From Gemmatimonas sp. (GTDB lineage: Bacteria > Gemmatimonadota > Gemmatimonadetes > Gemmatimonadales > Gemmatimonadaceae), in contig JANNVQ010000054.1 in the NCBI GenBank assembly GCA_031414535.1, positions 64,001 to 128,000 on the forward strand: a stretch of DNA of 64,000 nt. The letters are read 5' to 3'. Positions within the stretch are counted from its first letter, which is position 1, and each line of letters begins with the position of its first letter. Shown here piece by piece: positions 1-8,186 of the stretch. Position numbers and translations under genes: made by a program. The notes under the pieces were generated by a model. It was not told the origin of the DNA and ran no database searches. It worked only from the letters and a program-made list of their open reading frames with translations.

Positions 1-2
1 AG

Positions 3-83
3 GTCTTTGGGGTGGACCAGATCTACCTCTTCGACGCCAACGTCAGCCGCCTCCACAAGGTGGAGTTTTCCGCCACCGAGTAG
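3..83 (+). CDS. 3' end of an upstream gene (partial, product unknown)
   Basis: Frame 3 reads VFGVDQIYLFDANVSRLHKVEFSATE* with GC3-rich codons and stops at TAG 81-83; it begins outside the window. Confidence 0.6.
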   Translation, partial: VFGVDQIYLFDANVSRLHKVEFSATE

Positions 84-108
84 GCTAAAAGCCGATATAT
101 TTCAGGTC

Positions 109-1278
109 GTGCCCCCCAAGTCGCCCATCTACCTCGACCACGCTGCCACCACCCCGGTTCGCCCGGAGGTGATGGAGGCGATGATTCCCTTTTTCGGTCC
201 GCGGTTCGGGAATCCGTCGTCCACGCATCGTTGGGGTCGTGAAGCGCGCGCCGCGCTGGATGAAGCCCGCGAACGCGTGGCCCGCTGCTTCAACGCGGCG
301 CCGGACGAGATATGCTTCACTTCCGGTGGCACCGAAGGCGACAACCTCGCCGTGCTCGGCGGCTGGCGCATTCTCAAGGAGCAGGGCAAGAAGGCCGTTG
401 TCACGAGCCCGATTGAACACAAAGCCGTGTTGCAGGCCGTGCACCAGGCCGCCAAGGAAGGCGCTGAGGAGCGCATGCTCTCCGTCCAGCGCAACGGCAT
501 GGTGGATATGACCGACGCGCGCTCAAAGATCACGAGCGGCGACACGGCCCTCGTCTCCGTCATGTGGGTCAACAACGAGACGGGCGTCATTCAGCCTATT
601 GAAGCGCTCGCGGCCTTGACCAAGGCGGCTGGCGCGGTCTTCCACACGGATGCCGTGCAGGCCTTTGGCAAAGTCGAAGTGAACGCCAAGACTGTGCCAT
701 TTGATTTTGTGGCTCTGAGCGGTCACAAGCTTGGTGCGCCCAAAGGAATCGGCGCATTCTTCATTCGCCGCGGCACGCCGCTGGAGCCGCTGTTCTTTGG
801 CGGCACGCAGGATCGCGGCCGTCGGCCTGGCACCGAGAACGTCGCAGCAGCTGTTGGGCTCGCCCGAGCGATGGAGCTCGCGCTCGAGGAACGTGAATCG
901 CACTGGACCATGCTTGCGGCCATGCGGGATCAGCTCGAGGCGCGGCTTCTGGAGCGCATCCCTGACGCGGTGATTCACGGCCGTGACGCGAAGCGTGCGC
1001 CGCACGTGCTGAATATCTCCGTGCCGGGAACGGACTCGGAATCAATGCTCATGGCGCTCGACCTGCAGGGCGTCGCGGCGTCGAGTGGGTCGGCCTGTCA
1101 GAGTGGAAGCGTGGCGCCTTCGCACGTGCTGGCCGCGATGGGCGTGCGCGCGGACATCGCGAATGCCGCGATTCGGATGTCGTTCGGTGCGCTGAGTACG
1201 CCGGACGATGTGGACCGCGTGGCGGAGCTGTTCCCGGCCTTGATTGCCAAGGCGCGCGGGTTGAGCGGGGTCGCGTGA
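109..1278 (+). CDS. iscS: Cysteine desulfurase (IscS/NifS family)
   Basis: IYLDHAATTP, FTSGGTEGDN, HTDAVQ, SGHKLGAPKG (PLP lysine), SSGSAC catalytic Cys; GTG 109 chosen as start, close to the YLD motif. Confidence 0.93.
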   Translation: MPPKSPIYLDHAATTPVRPEVMEAMIPFFGPRFGNPSSTHRWGREARAALDEARERVARCFNAAPDEICFTSGGTEGDNLAVLGGWRILKEQGKKAVVTSPIEHKAVLQAVHQAAKEGAEERMLSVQRNGMVDMTDARSKITSGDTALVSVMWVNNETGVIQPIEALAALTKAAGAVFHTDAVQAFGKVEVNAKTVPFDFVALSGHKLGAPKGIGAFFIRRGTPLEPLFFGGTQDRGRRPGTENVAAAVGLARAMELALEERESHWTMLAAMRDQLEARLLERIPDAVIHGRDAKRAPHVLNISVPGTDSESMLMALDLQGVAASSGSACQSGSVAPSHVLAAMGVRADIANAAIRMSFGALSTPDDVDRVAELFPALIAKARGLSGVA

Positions 1279-1288
1279 CGTCACACTA

Positions 1289-1317
1289 TTGACAACGACG
1301 AAACTGTACCTTAGCCT
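1289..1317 (+). promoter_or_regulatory. sigma70-type promoter for the rtcB leader
   Basis: TTGACA (1289-1294), 17-nt spacer, TAGCCT (1312-1317); predicted start near 1324. Confidence 0.7.
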
Positions 1318-1420
1318 TCCCTTCGCTTGGGAGTCGCGTCCCGCACGAACGGTTGTCCCCTGTGGACTTCCTGCCGTCACTGACGCGACTCCTTTTTCTT
1401 TGCCCCTCAGGTATCCGACC

Positions 1421-1570
1421 ATGACTGTCCAACGCCAATTCCGCCGCGCAGCTCTCGCGAGCCCGATGATTGACATCATCGGACGCTTGGACGCGCGCGC
1501 GTTTGCGCCAGTCAATCTCACTCCGAAGACCAACACCGCAGGCGACAGAGGAATCCGCGAGCAGACCTAA
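1421..1570 (+). CDS. Putative 49-aa leader peptide
   Basis: ATG 1421 to TAA 1570 (MTVQRQFRRAALASPMIDIIG...EQT), ending 30 nt before a terminator hairpin; weak RBS, no recognisable family. Confidence 0.35.
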   Translation: MTVQRQFRRAALASPMIDIIGRLDARAFAPVNLTPKTNTAGDRGIREQT

Positions 1571-1600
1571 TGCTCAAGGCCCTCTTGGGTTAGCACCACC

Positions 1601-1641
1601 ACCCCGCCTGCGCTTCCCGAGCCAGGCGGGGTTTCTGTTTC
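1601..1641 (+). terminator. Intrinsic terminator / attenuator inside the rtcB leader
   Basis: Perfect 10-bp stem ACCCCGCCTG/CAGGCGGGGT followed by TTCTGTTTC. Confidence 0.65.
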
Positions 1642-1819
1642 CTGGCAATACAAGACGGCGTTGCGGATCTCCTCGCAGCGAATGAACGGGTGAAAGGCAC
1701 GCGACTCCCAACACTCGGCTCATTCACCACAGCGTCGGCAACTCCCTCGGGGCGCTCGCGGCGCGCTCGGCCTCGCCTCGAGGGAGAGGCATTCACATTT
1801 CTGAAGTGAGCAGTGACCA

Positions 1820-3031
1820 ATGAAAATCTTTGGACAGCACGACGAAAAGACCCTGATCCAGTTCGAATCCGTGCGCGAACGTGCAGTGGACGCCGCCCTC
1901 ATGGCCGACGGTCACGTGGGCTATGTCATGCCGATTGGTGGCGTGGCGGCGTATCGCAACCAGGTATCGGTGGTGGGCGTCGGCTTCGACATCGCCTGCG
2001 GAAACGCCGCGATTCGCACAGACCTCACGCTGCAGTCGCTGGGTGGCACGGCGGAAGCGCAGCACGTGGCCCTGCTTTCGTTCGCCGACGAGATTGCGGA
2101 TGTGGTGAGCTTCGGCGTCGGCCGGAAGAATCGCGCCGACGATGCGCCCGTGGACCATGAGCTCTTTGCTGCGAGCGAGTGGGATGCGGTCCCAGCGTCG
2201 CACCGCGAGGCGCTGCGGAACAAGGCGCGTATCCAGCTCGGCACCGTGGGAAGCGGCAACCACTATGTGGACGTGTTCGAGGACGAAACCGGTCACCTCT
2301 GGGTCGGCGTGCACTTCGGCAGCCGTGGCTTTGGGCACACCGTGGCCTCAGGGTTCCTCGCGCTCAGCCAGGGCGAGGCCTGGGATACCCGCGTGCGGGA
2401 GATCGAAGTGCTTTTGGATCTCGCCGAGCCCACGGGACACGACTACTGGCACCTGATGTCTCTCGCCGGCCGCTACGCTTACGCGGGCCGTGAGTGGGTG
2501 GCTCGGAAAGTGGTCAGCATCATCGGCGGCACGGAACTGGAGCTCGTACATAACCATCACAACTTCGCGTGGAAGGAAGAACACCACGGCGAGGAACTCG
2601 TGGTGATTCGGAAGGGTGCCACGCCGGCCTTTCCGGGGCAGCTGGGCTTCATTGGCGGATCGATGGGCGATGACGCCGTGATTGTGCGCGGTACCGCAAG
2701 CACCGCCTCGCAGGTGCAAGAGACTCAGCGCGACGCGCTCTACTCCACCGTCCATGGTGCGGGCCGTGTAATGTCACGCACGCGGGCTGCCGGTGGCCGC
2801 AAGGGCAAGCAGCGATTTCGGGGCGAGATTTCCGAAGGCATGATGGAGAAGTGGGTGCGGGAGAAGGGCGTGATCCTCCGTGGCGGCGGTGTGGACGAGA
2901 GTCCGCATGTGTACCGCCGGCTCCCGGACGTACTCGCCGCGCAGGGCGAGACGGTAGAAGTCCTGCACACCCTGCGGCCGCTGGTGGTCGTGATGGCGGG
3001 CGCCAACGAGTTTGACCCGTACAAGGACTGA
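1820..3031 (+). CDS. rtcB: RNA ligase RtcB (3'-phosphate/5'-OH)
   Basis: MADGHVGYVMPIGG, VGFDIACGN, GTVGSGNHY, VHFGSRG, NHHN, RKGAT and HGAGR motifs. Confidence 0.93.
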   Translation: MKIFGQHDEKTLIQFESVRERAVDAALMADGHVGYVMPIGGVAAYRNQVSVVGVGFDIACGNAAIRTDLTLQSLGGTAEAQHVALLSFADEIADVVSFGVGRKNRADDAPVDHELFAASEWDAVPASHREALRNKARIQLGTVGSGNHYVDVFEDETGHLWVGVHFGSRGFGHTVASGFLALSQGEAWDTRVREIEVLLDLAEPTGHDYWHLMSLAGRYAYAGREWVARKVVSIIGGTELELVHNHHNFAWKEEHHGEELVVIRKGATPAFPGQLGFIGGSMGDDAVIVRGTASTASQVQETQRDALYSTVHGAGRVMSRTRAAGGRKGKQRFRGEISEGMMEKWVREKGVILRGGGVDESPHVYRRLPDVLAAQGETVEVLHTLRPLVVVMAGANEFDPYKD

Positions 3032-3052
3032 CTCGCTCGGTATATTCCATCT

Positions 3053-4168
3053 GTGTCCTCACCGGCCAAGAACACCCGCCCCCGAGTCCTCGCCGCCATG
3101 TCTGGCGGCGTGGACTCTTCGGTTGCCGCCGCACTCCTTGTGCGGGAAGGCTACGACGTCGTGGGCGTCACCATGAAGCTGTTCAAGGATGGCGGCGACC
3201 TTCCCGACCGCCCCTGCTGTTCGCTCGATTCCGTGAACGATGCGCGGCGCGTCTGCGAGTCCTTGGGCATTCCGCACTACGTGTTGAATCTCCAGGACGC
3301 GTTCGGTCGCGACGTCGTCAGTGATTTCGTGGCGGAGTATGCGGCAGGTCGCACGCCCATTCCTTGCGTGCGCTGCAACACCTTCACCAAGTTCCGAGAC
3401 CTGCTCGCCAAGGCCGACGCCATTGATGCGCCGTGGATTGCTACAGGCCATTACGCGCGCGTGGCCGACGGCCGTCTGCAGCGCGGCGTGGATGACAACA
3501 AAGACCAGACATACTTCCTCTGGGGCATCGAGCGTGAGGTACTCTCGCGCATGATTCTGCCCGTGGGCGGTCTGACCAAGCCGGAAACACGTGCCGTTGC
3601 TCGCGAACTCGGCCTCCTCACTGCCGAGAAGCCCGAGAGCCACGAGATTTGCTTTGTCCCCGATGGTGATTATGTGAAGGTCCTCGAGCGCGAACTCCCG
3701 CCTGATGCGCCTGCGCTTACGCCTGGACCCATTGTCACGATGGATGGGACAGTGGTCGGCACGCACGAAGGTTTCGCGCGCTTCACCATTGGCCAGCGCC
3801 GTCGGCTGCCCGGTGGCTCGAGCGAGCCAATGTTCGTGGTCGCCTTGCGCCCCGAAGATCGGGCCGTGGTGATTGGGCCGCGGGAGGCCCTGCTCGGACG
3901 CGGCCTCGTCGCCAACGAGGCGAACTGGCTCGTGGACCGCATCCCCGACGAGGGCAGCACGGTGCTGGTCCGCATTCGTCATCGCGCGACACCGGTGGCG
4001 GCCACGCTTCTGCTTGCAACGCCTGAGCGATTCGAAGTCCTGTTGCACGAACCCGCGTACGCGATCGCACCTGGCCAGAGCGTTGTGCTCTATGATGCCG
4101 ATGCGATTGTACTCGGCGGCGGCATCATCAGCGCCAGCCGTCGGGTATTGCCGGTTCGCGCGGCCTGA
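3053..4168 (+). CDS. mnmA: tRNA 2-thiouridine(34) synthase MnmA
   Basis: AMSGGVDSSVAA PP-loop, TPIPCVRCN, ATGHYA, KDQTYFL, ESHEICF, FTIGQRR, APGQSVVLY. Confidence 0.95.
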   Translation: MSSPAKNTRPRVLAAMSGGVDSSVAAALLVREGYDVVGVTMKLFKDGGDLPDRPCCSLDSVNDARRVCESLGIPHYVLNLQDAFGRDVVSDFVAEYAAGRTPIPCVRCNTFTKFRDLLAKADAIDAPWIATGHYARVADGRLQRGVDDNKDQTYFLWGIEREVLSRMILPVGGLTKPETRAVARELGLLTAEKPESHEICFVPDGDYVKVLERELPPDAPALTPGPIVTMDGTVVGTHEGFARFTIGQRRRLPGGSSEPMFVVALRPEDRAVVIGPREALLGRGLVANEANWLVDRIPDEGSTVLVRIRHRATPVAATLLLATPERFEVLLHEPAYAIAPGQSVVLYDADAIVLGGGIISASRRVLPVRAA

Positions 4169-4324
4169 CCGTCTCACCGAGCTGGCCGACGCCGAGCTTG
4201 CCGAAGTACTCAAGCGAATCCGCCCGCCCCGCTAAGCTCTAACCCCACACAGGGGAACGCGATCACACTGGCCGCGATTCTTAGCCAGAGTCTACCTTAA
4301 AAAACATCTCGCTCAGGAGTTCCG

Positions 4325-4747
4325 ATGATCATTCGTAAGTCTTCCGCCAAGTGGGCCGGCGAACTCAAGACCGGCACCGGCCATGTCCGACTCGGCAGCG
4401 GCGCCTTCGAAGGCAAGTATTCGTTTACGACGCGATTTGAGGGCGCGCCAGGCACGAATCCCGAAGAGTTGCTCGCCGCCGCTCACGCCGGCTGCTACTC
4501 AATGGCCTTCAACCTGATGATGTCCATGGCCGGCTTCACCGCCGAGTACGTAGACACCACGGTCGAGGTGCAGATGGATAAGGTGGGCCCGGGCATGGGC
4601 ATCATCGGTGCGAGAATTATCACCGCAGCCAAGGTGCCGGGCATCACAGCGGAGAAGTTCCAAGAGATTGCCGAGAACGCCAAGCAGAACTGCATCATCT
4701 CCAAGGCATTGAATGTGCCGATGACGCTGGACGCGACGCTGGCCTAA
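4325..4747 (+). CDS. osmC: OsmC family peroxiredoxin
   Basis: GTNPEELLAAAHAGCYSMA and AKQNCIISKAL; AGGAG RBS. Confidence 0.92.
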   Translation: MIIRKSSAKWAGELKTGTGHVRLGSGAFEGKYSFTTRFEGAPGTNPEELLAAAHAGCYSMAFNLMMSMAGFTAEYVDTTVEVQMDKVGPGMGIIGARIITAAKVPGITAEKFQEIAENAKQNCIISKALNVPMTLDATLA

Positions 4748-4879
4748 GCGCGGTTCAGGGCGCAGAATAACTCGCAAAGCGACTTACCCTCGCCACGCAT
4801 CGAATTCTGCGCCATACTTTCCCCACCCCTACCTTGGCCCTCCCTCCTCTCCCACCCGGCTCCGCCGATGGAGATCACG

Positions 4880-5440
4880 ATGTCCAACAGCATTCGCACC
4901 GCGCTCGCCGCCGTGGGCTTCGTCCTCGCTGCCGCCGAGCTCCACGCTCAGGCCGCCGCCACAATCCCCGAAGCGGACCGCCCTCGCTACATCCGCGTGT
5001 ACGCAAAGGACTACGCGTTCGACGCCCCCGCGACCTCGTTTGCAGGCGTCGCCACTATTCACCTGATTAATCAGGGCTCGGACCTCCATCACCTGACGGT
5101 TCAGGAACTGCCTGAGGGGCGTACGGTGCGAGAGTACTTGGATGCGGTGCAACGCACGGGGCTTCCGCCGGCGTGGAGCAAGAGCATCGGGCAAACGGCC
5201 ATGATCCCAAACGGAGGCGAGGCCTTCATTGCATTCCGCATGCCTCCTGGTCGCTATGTGCTCTCCTGCGTCATTCCCGCCGCCGACGGCCGTTCGCACG
5301 TGGCCAAAGGGATGTATCAGTTGATCACCGCGACACGAGCGCCCGCGCCGGCAGCAACGCCTCGCACCGCGCCGGCCCCTAACTCGCCCGCCGCGGCCCG
5401 TCCCACAGCCACGCCGCGCCCAGCGACACCGCGGCCCTAG
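4880..5440 (+). CDS. Secreted cupredoxin-like protein with Pro/Ala/Thr tail
   Basis: Signal peptide (..LHA-Q), NQGSDLHH and GRYVLSCVIPAADGRSHVAKGM (His...Cys...His...Met type-1 copper pattern). Confidence 0.65.
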   Translation: MSNSIRTALAAVGFVLAAAELHAQAAATIPEADRPRYIRVYAKDYAFDAPATSFAGVATIHLINQGSDLHHLTVQELPEGRTVREYLDAVQRTGLPPAWSKSIGQTAMIPNGGEAFIAFRMPPGRYVLSCVIPAADGRSHVAKGMYQLITATRAPAPAATPRTAPAPNSPAAARPTATPRPATPRP

Positions 5441-5478
5441 CCCTCGAGTGTTGGCGTGCTTGCGCTGACCTCCGGCAA

Positions 5479-6153
5479 ATGAGATTCCTCAGCTGGATTT
5501 ATGACGCACTTGCCGTCATTGGGGCATCGGCTATTGGGCTGTTGATTGTTGCCGTCGCTGCGGACTTTGCTCAGCAGTGGTATTGGAGAACATTCCGCGA
5601 AGATCGAGGCGCTTCAGTTTCGGTCGCGCAGACTACGCCAGCAGCGACACGATCTGCTCGGACTTCATCAGCGGTGAGCCCACCTGCGGCAACCGCACCC
5701 GTGGCGACTCCCGTGGAGTCAACTCCACCCGCGGCGACTCCCGTTGCGACGAAGCCCGAGCTTCCGCCGTCTTCTGGGGTGCCGTGGGGACTGGAGGTCG
5801 CAGAACCAAACGGGCGCATTCTGTCCCCAGATCTCCGGCTGAGAATCACCGTGGAGGGACGTACGCAACCGGGTTCCAGCAACGCTTGGGTCGAGACTCA
5901 CTCCCGGAATCTCTACCTGCTCGTTTCGCAGGACTCCACTTTGCTTTCGCGACCGCCGCGCGGCACACGGTGGGCCCTGCGGCTCACTGGCAATCGTAGT
6001 ACTGGCATTCTCACGTATAGGCGAGCAGACGGTGAACGGTTTGCGTACGTTCGTTTGTGTCGCTTCCCGGATGATCACAACCGTTACGTGACGACGCTGC
6101 CGAGCATCTCGGCGGATTCCGCACGCATCGAGCGGAGAGTACAGTGCCACTAG
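5479..6153 (+). CDS. Hypothetical membrane-anchored protein
   Basis: N-terminal hydrophobic helix, PAAT/PVAT-rich linker, C-terminal globular region; overlaps next start. Confidence 0.6.
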   Translation: MRFLSWIYDALAVIGASAIGLLIVAVAADFAQQWYWRTFREDRGASVSVAQTTPAATRSARTSSAVSPPAATAPVATPVESTPPAATPVATKPELPPSSGVPWGLEVAEPNGRILSPDLRLRITVEGRTQPGSSNAWVETHSRNLYLLVSQDSTLLSRPPRGTRWALRLTGNRSTGILTYRRADGERFAYVRLCRFPDDHNRYVTTLPSISADSARIERRVQCH

Positions 6154-6563
6154 CCAAGTTCATCGCCGCCCTGGTCGGCTTGTTGGTCGTGCTCAGTATG
6201 ATCGTGCGCCCCGCTCCGAACACACGCGAGAAGATTTATTTCGCCGCGATGAAGGGAGACCTGCGCAATCTGATCACCGCCCAAGAAGCGTTCTTCTCTG
6301 ACAGCGCGCGCTATGCAATCTCGCTCCAAGAGCTTGGTGACTCCACCCGCTTCTGGACAACGCCGGGAGTGACGGTGTCCATCACAGAAGCCACCGACCG
6401 CCTTTTTAGGGCGCGCGCGCGGCATTCCGATCTCACCCCGCCTGGTGGATGCGAAATCGCCGCTGGCTTTGAGAAGGAGATGGGAGACATTCCCGACAAC
6501 GGAGAGCCCATCTGCAAACCCGATCGGAAGCGGAGAAGCTGGATCTTCGTCTGGGAGCTGTGA
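6144..6563 (+). CDS. Type IV pilin-like protein lacking prepilin cleavage motif
   Basis: Hydrophobic N-terminus then NTREKIYFAAMKGDLRNLITAQEAFFSDSARY (pilin alpha1-C-like); two C-terminal Cys. Confidence 0.65.
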   Translation: MPLAKFIAALVGLLVVLSMIVRPAPNTREKIYFAAMKGDLRNLITAQEAFFSDSARYAISLQELGDSTRFWTTPGVTVSITEATDRLFRARARHSDLTPPGGCEIAAGFEKEMGDIPDNGEPICKPDRKRRSWIFVWEL

Positions 6564-6593
6564 CTTGTTGAGCACACTCATCCCAGTGCTATA

Positions 6594-7007
6594 ATGCCAG
6601 TCGCCAAATTCCTCTTCGCCATTGTAGGCGCACTCTTCATTGCGGCGCTGCTCATCAAGCCCGCCCACCAATCTCCAAAGCTGGGATCGGCTTACGCGTC
6701 AATGAAAGCCGATCTGCGGAATCTCGTATTGGCGCAGGACGCTTTCCATGAAGACAGCGCCCGTTACGCCAGCTCACAGCGAGAACTCAGCGACGCACGA
6801 TACCAGACGTCATCCGGCGTATCCGTCGAGATCACCTCGGGCAGCGACAGTGCGTGGGCGGCCATTGCGACGAACAGCATCGATCCGAAGTACCGCTGCC
6901 GCATCGCGGTGTCTATCGCCCACAGCGAGGAGCCCCTAGTGAACGATTCGGAGCCCATCTGCCATCCCGAGTTTCGATCTGGAGGCTGGCGCTGGGTCTG
7001 GCAGTAG
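6594..7007 (+). CDS. Type IV pilin-like protein, paralog of 6144-6563
   Basis: MPVAKFL.. start, AYASMKADLRNLVLAQDAFHEDSARYA, two C-terminal Cys, EPICHP. Confidence 0.65.
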   Translation: MPVAKFLFAIVGALFIAALLIKPAHQSPKLGSAYASMKADLRNLVLAQDAFHEDSARYASSQRELSDARYQTSSGVSVEITSGSDSAWAAIATNSIDPKYRCRIAVSIAHSEEPLVNDSEPICHPEFRSGGWRWVWQ

Positions 7008-7052
7008 CGGTTCAACATGTGCCGGAGCGGCCGGACACAGGATGCGCAGACC

Positions 7053-8186
7053 CTAGTACTCCAACCCCGCCGCCTTCGCGAATTGCTCCATGAGCTTTCG
7101 CTGCTCGGCGCTCAACTGTTCCGGCACCGCCACCTGAATCTCTACGATCAGATCACCACGGTGCTCATCCTTGGCGATGCCCTGCCCTCGCACACGAAAG
7201 CGCTTGCCGCTCGGCGTCCCCGCAGGGAGCGTGAGCGTCACCGTCTTCTCGTCGAGCGTCTGCACGCTCACCTTGGAGCCCAGCGTGGCCTGCGCGATGT
7301 TGACGCGCGCGCGCGCAATCACATCGAGGCCGTCGCGCTCGTAGTCGGCATCATCCTTCACTTGAAAAGTGATGGTGATGTCCCCGTTGGGACCGCCGCG
7401 CATGCCGCGACCGCCCTGACCCTTGAGGCGAATCTTGCCACCGCTTTCCGTGCCGCCTGGCACAGAGATCAACACTTTCTTGGACGTGCGCGAGGCACCC
7501 GCACCGTTGCACGAGGCGCACTTTTCGGTTGGCACAGTGCCCTTGCCCACGCACATCGGGCAGGGACGATTCACCGCGAAGCCACCCTGCCCGAACGAAA
7601 TCTCCCCTCGACCGCTGCACTCGGGGCAGGTCTGTAGCTTCGCTCCCTTGGCCGCACCGCTGCCGCCACAGGTGCCGCACTCTTCGTTGAGTTCAAGCGT
7701 GATGGGCACCTTGCCACCGAGCGCCGCCACGCGAAACGGAACCTCCAAGGTAGTCTCGACGCTTTGGCCCTGTTCTGGACCACTCGGCCGTTGTTGACGG
7801 CCGCCACCAAAGATTGAGCCAAAGAGATCGCCTAGTCCGCCGAGCCCGCCCACATCAAACTCGTCCATCCGCGGGCCGCCCGCCGAGGAACCCGCATTGG
7901 CCGGACGCGCTCCACCGGGCCGTGCGCCACCTGGGCGTGGGCCACGCGACACGAATGGATCAAATGCGCCCAGACGACGCATCTCGTCGTACTGCTTTCG
8001 CTTCTCGGCGTCACCGAGGACATTGTGCGCTTCAGAAATTTCTTTGAAGCGCTCAGCGGCCTTGGGGTCGCCCGAATTTGAGTCCGGGTGATACTGCTTG
8101 GCCAAACGACGATACTGCTTCTTGATCTCGTCTGGTGTGGCCGACGCGCTCACGCCGAGCACGGCGTAGAAGTCTTTCTGCGCCAT
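7053..8186 (-). CDS. dnaJ: Chaperone DnaJ
   Basis: J domain with HPD, G/F-rich region, four CxxCxGxG repeats; ATG 8186 overlaps grpE stop (TGATG). Confidence 0.95.
   Translation of the reverse strand: MAQKDFYAVLGVSASATPDEIKKQYRRLAKQYHPDSNSGDPKAAERFKEISEAHNVLGDAEKRKQYDEMRRLGAFDPFVSRGPRPGGARPGGARPANAGSSAGGPRMDEFDVGGLGGLGDLFGSIFGGGRQQRPSGPEQGQSVETTLEVPFRVAALGGKVPITLELNEECGTCGGSGAAKGAKLQTCPECSGRGEISFGQGGFAVNRPCPMCVGKGTVPTEKCASCNGAGASRTSKKVLISVPGGTESGGKIRLKGQGGRGMRGGPNGDITITFQVKDDADYERDGLDVIARARVNIAQATLGSKVSVQTLDEKTVTLTLPAGTPSGKRFRVRGQGIAKDEHRGDLIVEIQVAVPEQLSAEQRKLMEQFAKAAGLEY

Larger units (their letters stand above)
1324..1819 (+). ncRNA. Candidate structured leader RNA / sRNA upstream of rtcB
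   Basis: Stems 1329-1340/1382-1393 plus U tract, 1601-1610/1623-1632 plus U tract, 1656-1663/1730-1737, 1680-1692/1712-1725 and 1742-1754/1774-1786; 1327-1339 is the exact reverse complement of 1699-1711. Confidence 0.55.

Noticed and set aside
1324..1819. tRNA or canonical YrlA gene in the rtcB leader
   Set aside because: No cloverleaf or GTTCRA T-loop found by eye; kept only as an unclassified structured RNA
4169..4235. Short coding-like stretch RLTELADAELAEVLKRIRPPR after mnmA
   Set aside because: No independent start; could be a gene remnant but too short to support
6587..6595. Extended -10-like TGCTATAAT before the second pilin-like gene
   Set aside because: It overlaps the ATG, so it cannot transcribe the full gene; may be coincidental
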